Of a DNA stretch of 10,888 nt, positions 7,876 to 10,888 are shown piece by piece. This stretch comes from Candidatus Hodarchaeota archaeon (GTDB taxonomy: Archaea > Asgardarchaeota > Lokiarchaeia > Sigyniarchaeales > SOKP01), in NCBI GenBank assembly GCA_048887225.1, contig JBHLJY010000041.1, forward strand, positions 1 to 10,888, written 5' to 3'. Both the position numbers and the translations under genes were made by a program. The notes below the pieces were generated by a model. It was not told the origin of the DNA, searched no databases, and was given only the letters and a program-made list of their open reading frames with translations. Position 1 is the stretch's first letter. Each line of letters starts with the position of its first letter.

Positions 7876-7889
7876 ATTGTGATCACAAT
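7876..7889. promoter_or_regulatory. Perfect 14-bp palindrome ATTGTGATCACAAT abutting the start codon; possible operator
   Basis: The sequence is its own reverse complement and ends immediately before the ATG at 7890. Function is inferred. Confidence 0.4.
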
Positions 7890-10877
7890 ATGAATAGGAA
7901 AAGTAGAAAATTAATTGTTATTTCAATGATCTTCATCATTATAGCTTCAGCCATAAATATCAAGAAAATTTCTAATGAAAACACATCTTCCGATGAGATT
8001 GAGGTAGAAAAATCATTTAATAAGGAAAAAATAAAAGATGAACCTCTAAGTATAGAACAACCAAAAACAGCGGGTCCCTCTGGGCAGAGTTATAATTTTA
8101 CATTTAATACAACTATTTATGAGACATGGAATCGGACATGGGTTTATCCATGGAGTTTTTCTAATAGAGGCGGGGATGATTCATTTTCTTGGTTGATACA
8201 ATACGACACAGTAGGGTATTCTGTATTTTACGAGTTTAATATTACAGATCTTATAAATATGTCAGATATCGGTTTCCCTAAATTATATCCTAGTACTATT
8301 AATTTAGCTTTAGAACAATACAATGATACAGGCATATGGGAACATGTAGCATATATTAATGATGGCGCTGCAATCGGTGATGGTTATTGTAGTGGATTTA
8401 TTAATATGGAACCTTACTTACCTGGGGCTTTTAGAGTAACGTATGATTATTTTGGAAAAACAAATATTACATATTACCCTATTATGAAATTTTGGAGAAA
8501 TCCGTTTCAATCGGAAATTAGGACAGAATTCATTCCTGACACTCAAAATACACAATCAGATCTTATTAAATGGGAGTTAACCTATGAAAATTTCCTCCCA
8601 GGGTATATCTTAGGATATAGGGCGAATTTAACAATAGAAAATTTTACTTTTTTCACTTTGAGGGAAATTAAAGGTAGAAAAGGACTCTACTGGGAACCAA
8701 TTAATTATACTATGAATAATGATTTTCTTATAATAACCGAATCAGCCGAGGAATATATAATTGAGCTCCAAACACCTAATTACGTTTCAATAATCTATAA
8801 TGATAATTTAACGTGGAAAACAAATTCTAATGAACTTAATCTACATACGACCTGTAAAATGGCAGGTAATTTAACGATTCAATTTAGAGATACAAATGGG
8901 ACTATTCATGAGGATATAAAAGACCAACCTGTTGTAAAAGATCAAGAAGTATATTTCAACTATATTATGCCAAGAAATGCTACTGGTGGAATTGGATACC
9001 TTAATGTCACACTTATAAATAATTCAAAAATCCTTTTTGGTGTGAAAATAGCAGAAATAAATTTTTATAAGCAAGCGATAATTGTTGCATTTACGAATGA
9101 TACTTATGCGTTTGAACCAAGATTTTTTGTCGCTGCTTTTTATGTAGATTTTGATTATTTTATAGATCTAATTATCAACTACGGATATGATCCTGATCTT
9201 GATTTTATTGAGGTATTGAACTTAACAATGATACCTAATGCAACTATAACATATGATTTGGAAGGATATATCGGTGAATTAGATTATACGAAAATTCCTA
9301 TACCCGAGGTTGATTTTATGGTTTACTTAAAGGAGATAGATTTACGTGAGTTGCAATTACCTTCTGAAATGTATAACCTTACATTTAGAGCTTCAAAACC
9401 ATTCTATGATAGTGGCGTAAATGTTACAAAAATTAATATTTGGAAAAGACCTGTGGAAATTACAATCTCTTCAACAAATAATATTTATGCAATAGAGGAG
9501 AATTTCACGATTATAATAGACCTTTCTGTCGAGTATCCTGGATTTGGAGTTGAGAATTATCTGAGGGTGCTATCAACGGTGAATATTACATTTATAAATA
9601 ATGATACTGGTAAAATTGATATAGGCCCTATTCCATGGTGGGAACCTATTATTCAAACATTAGATATTAGCGACTCAATAAAAAATACTACGATACCAGG
9701 AACCTATATGTTAAACGTAACTTTAGATTCTGATTATTATGAAGGAACTGGTTCTTTTTTTGTTAAAATCATAAGGAAAGAGCTTGAAATTTCTGTTGGA
9801 TATTCTAGCCTAATCAAGGAGTCTATAAGCACAAATTTTACATGGATTTTAGATGAAGGAACCTTCGTAGGAAATAGAGAAAATATGACATTAGAAATTC
9901 TAGTCGATAATATAAGTACTAAAAATGTAAGTTTAAGTTTAACATCAAATTCATCAGGATATAATCTATTTTCGTTTACTCCCGGAATACATAATATAAC
10001 TTATCGTCTTATTAGTCCCTTTTATTATGCTGAAGAAACTATTGAATTTGTAGTACAAGCACTGCCTCCTCCTGGCGATGATGATGACGATGACGATGGA
10101 GATAAAGAGGAAAATATAATACTATTAATGATTATTATACTAATATTAATCGGGGTTAGTATTTTAGCAATTTTCATGGTTATTTCAAGGCATAAGGTTA
10201 AAGCTCAAAGAGAATTAGAATTTGAATTAATTGCCCTCAAAACGAAAACAGCAGCTACAGAACAAAAAATTTCTCTGATTGAAACTCAAATTTCTGAAAT
10301 CGCCTCAATCTATTGGGTATTAGTTGTACATTCAGAACAAGGAGTCACCCTTGTCGAGATTGCTGATTTTAAATTTGAAGATGTTATAGGCGAGGAACAA
10401 AAAGAACTCATAGGCAAAGGTATGCTAAGGGATTCGGCTCTTATCGGTGGATTTTTAACTGCGATACGTAATTTTAGTAGAGAAACCTCTGGTACATCTT
10501 TAGAATATCAACCTGTTTTTAATAGTCAGACAGATTATAGTACAATTGTAAATGATAATGAGGTACACAGAAGAATTTTGGAAGGAACGCATTATTTTAT
10601 GGCTTTTGTTTCTTCGAGAGGAACAATGGAAATTTCAGACGTATTGTCATTTATAAACTCGAAATTTGAGTTGGCGTATGGTGAAGCGGTTAAGAATTTT
10701 GAGGGAGCTATCAGTCCATTCAGATCATTTGAGGAAATAGTCGTTGAATATTTACATGAAGAGATAAAAGCACTACAGAAAAAATTGATTGAAGAACGTC
10801 TAGAGCTAGAACAACATGAGAGACATCTTAGGGAAGTTCAAGAAAAAATTGGGATCAAACCTAAGAAGTTAAAATAA
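7890..10877 (+). CDS. Large type I membrane glycoprotein (995 aa): beta-rich ectodomain, single TM, cytoplasmic coiled coil + longin/roadblock-like domain + coiled coil
   Basis: Basic and hydrophobic N-terminal signal. About 33 N-x-S/T sequons (hand count) before the TM. PPPG-D7 linker (10065-10097) and TM at about 10116-10187. The cytoplasmic IYWVLVVHSEQGVTLV...DSALIGGFLTAIRNFSRE...FEGAISPF segment resembles the longin-like C-terminal domains common in Asgard membrane proteins. Stop TAA at 10875-10877. Confidence 0.85.
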   Translation: MNRKSRKLIVISMIFIIIASAINIKKISNENTSSDEIEVEKSFNKEKIKDEPLSIEQPKTAGPSGQSYNFTFNTTIYETWNRTWVYPWSFSNRGGDDSFSWLIQYDTVGYSVFYEFNITDLINMSDIGFPKLYPSTINLALEQYNDTGIWEHVAYINDGAAIGDGYCSGFINMEPYLPGAFRVTYDYFGKTNITYYPIMKFWRNPFQSEIRTEFIPDTQNTQSDLIKWELTYENFLPGYILGYRANLTIENFTFFTLREIKGRKGLYWEPINYTMNNDFLIITESAEEYIIELQTPNYVSIIYNDNLTWKTNSNELNLHTTCKMAGNLTIQFRDTNGTIHEDIKDQPVVKDQEVYFNYIMPRNATGGIGYLNVTLINNSKILFGVKIAEINFYKQAIIVAFTNDTYAFEPRFFVAAFYVDFDYFIDLIINYGYDPDLDFIEVLNLTMIPNATITYDLEGYIGELDYTKIPIPEVDFMVYLKEIDLRELQLPSEMYNLTFRASKPFYDSGVNVTKINIWKRPVEITISSTNNIYAIEENFTIIIDLSVEYPGFGVENYLRVLSTVNITFINNDTGKIDIGPIPWWEPIIQTLDISDSIKNTTIPGTYMLNVTLDSDYYEGTGSFFVKIIRKELEISVGYSSLIKESISTNFTWILDEGTFVGNRENMTLEILVDNISTKNVSLSLTSNSSGYNLFSFTPGIHNITYRLISPFYYAEETIEFVVQALPPPGDDDDDDDGDKEENIILLMIIILILIGVSILAIFMVISRHKVKAQRELEFELIALKTKTAATEQKISLIETQISEIASIYWVLVVHSEQGVTLVEIADFKFEDVIGEEQKELIGKGMLRDSALIGGFLTAIRNFSRETSGTSLEYQPVFNSQTDYSTIVNDNEVHRRILEGTHYFMAFVSSRGTMEISDVLSFINSKFELAYGEAVKNFEGAISPFRSFEEIVVEYLHEEIKALQKKLIEERLELEQHERHLREVQEKIGIKPKKLK

Positions 10878-10888
10878 CTATTTTTTAA

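Noticed and set aside
1-10888. CRISPR array, tRNA/rRNA, transposase or integrase
   Set aside because: No regularly spaced repeats, cloverleaf-like GC-rich segments or mobile-element ORFs were seen by eye.

Overview
AT-rich archaeal window, most likely Asgard archaea (Lokiarchaeia). That placement is inferred from an IPGY-TM-basic Loki-CTERM-type sorting tail and a large glycoprotein with a cytoplasmic longin/roadblock-like domain. The core is a Thermotoga-type myo-inositol catabolism cluster: iolG, two MFS transporters, iolM and an iolO-like epimerase, flanked by membrane and surface proteins. The main finding is in iolM. The ORF track ends it at 6083, but the conserved C-terminus continues in the same frame to 6275 after a 30-nt insert (6078-6107) that carries an in-frame TAA. 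The insert and its flanks fold into a bulge-helix-bulge(-like) motif. Cutting at the canonical archaeal splicing-endonuclease positions removes exactly these 30 nt and restores the conserved IIGAQ|GHSGHG motif. This is a candidate tRNA-type (EndA/RtcB) intron in a metabolic mRNA. Homologue comparisons are from memory of the families, not from a search.
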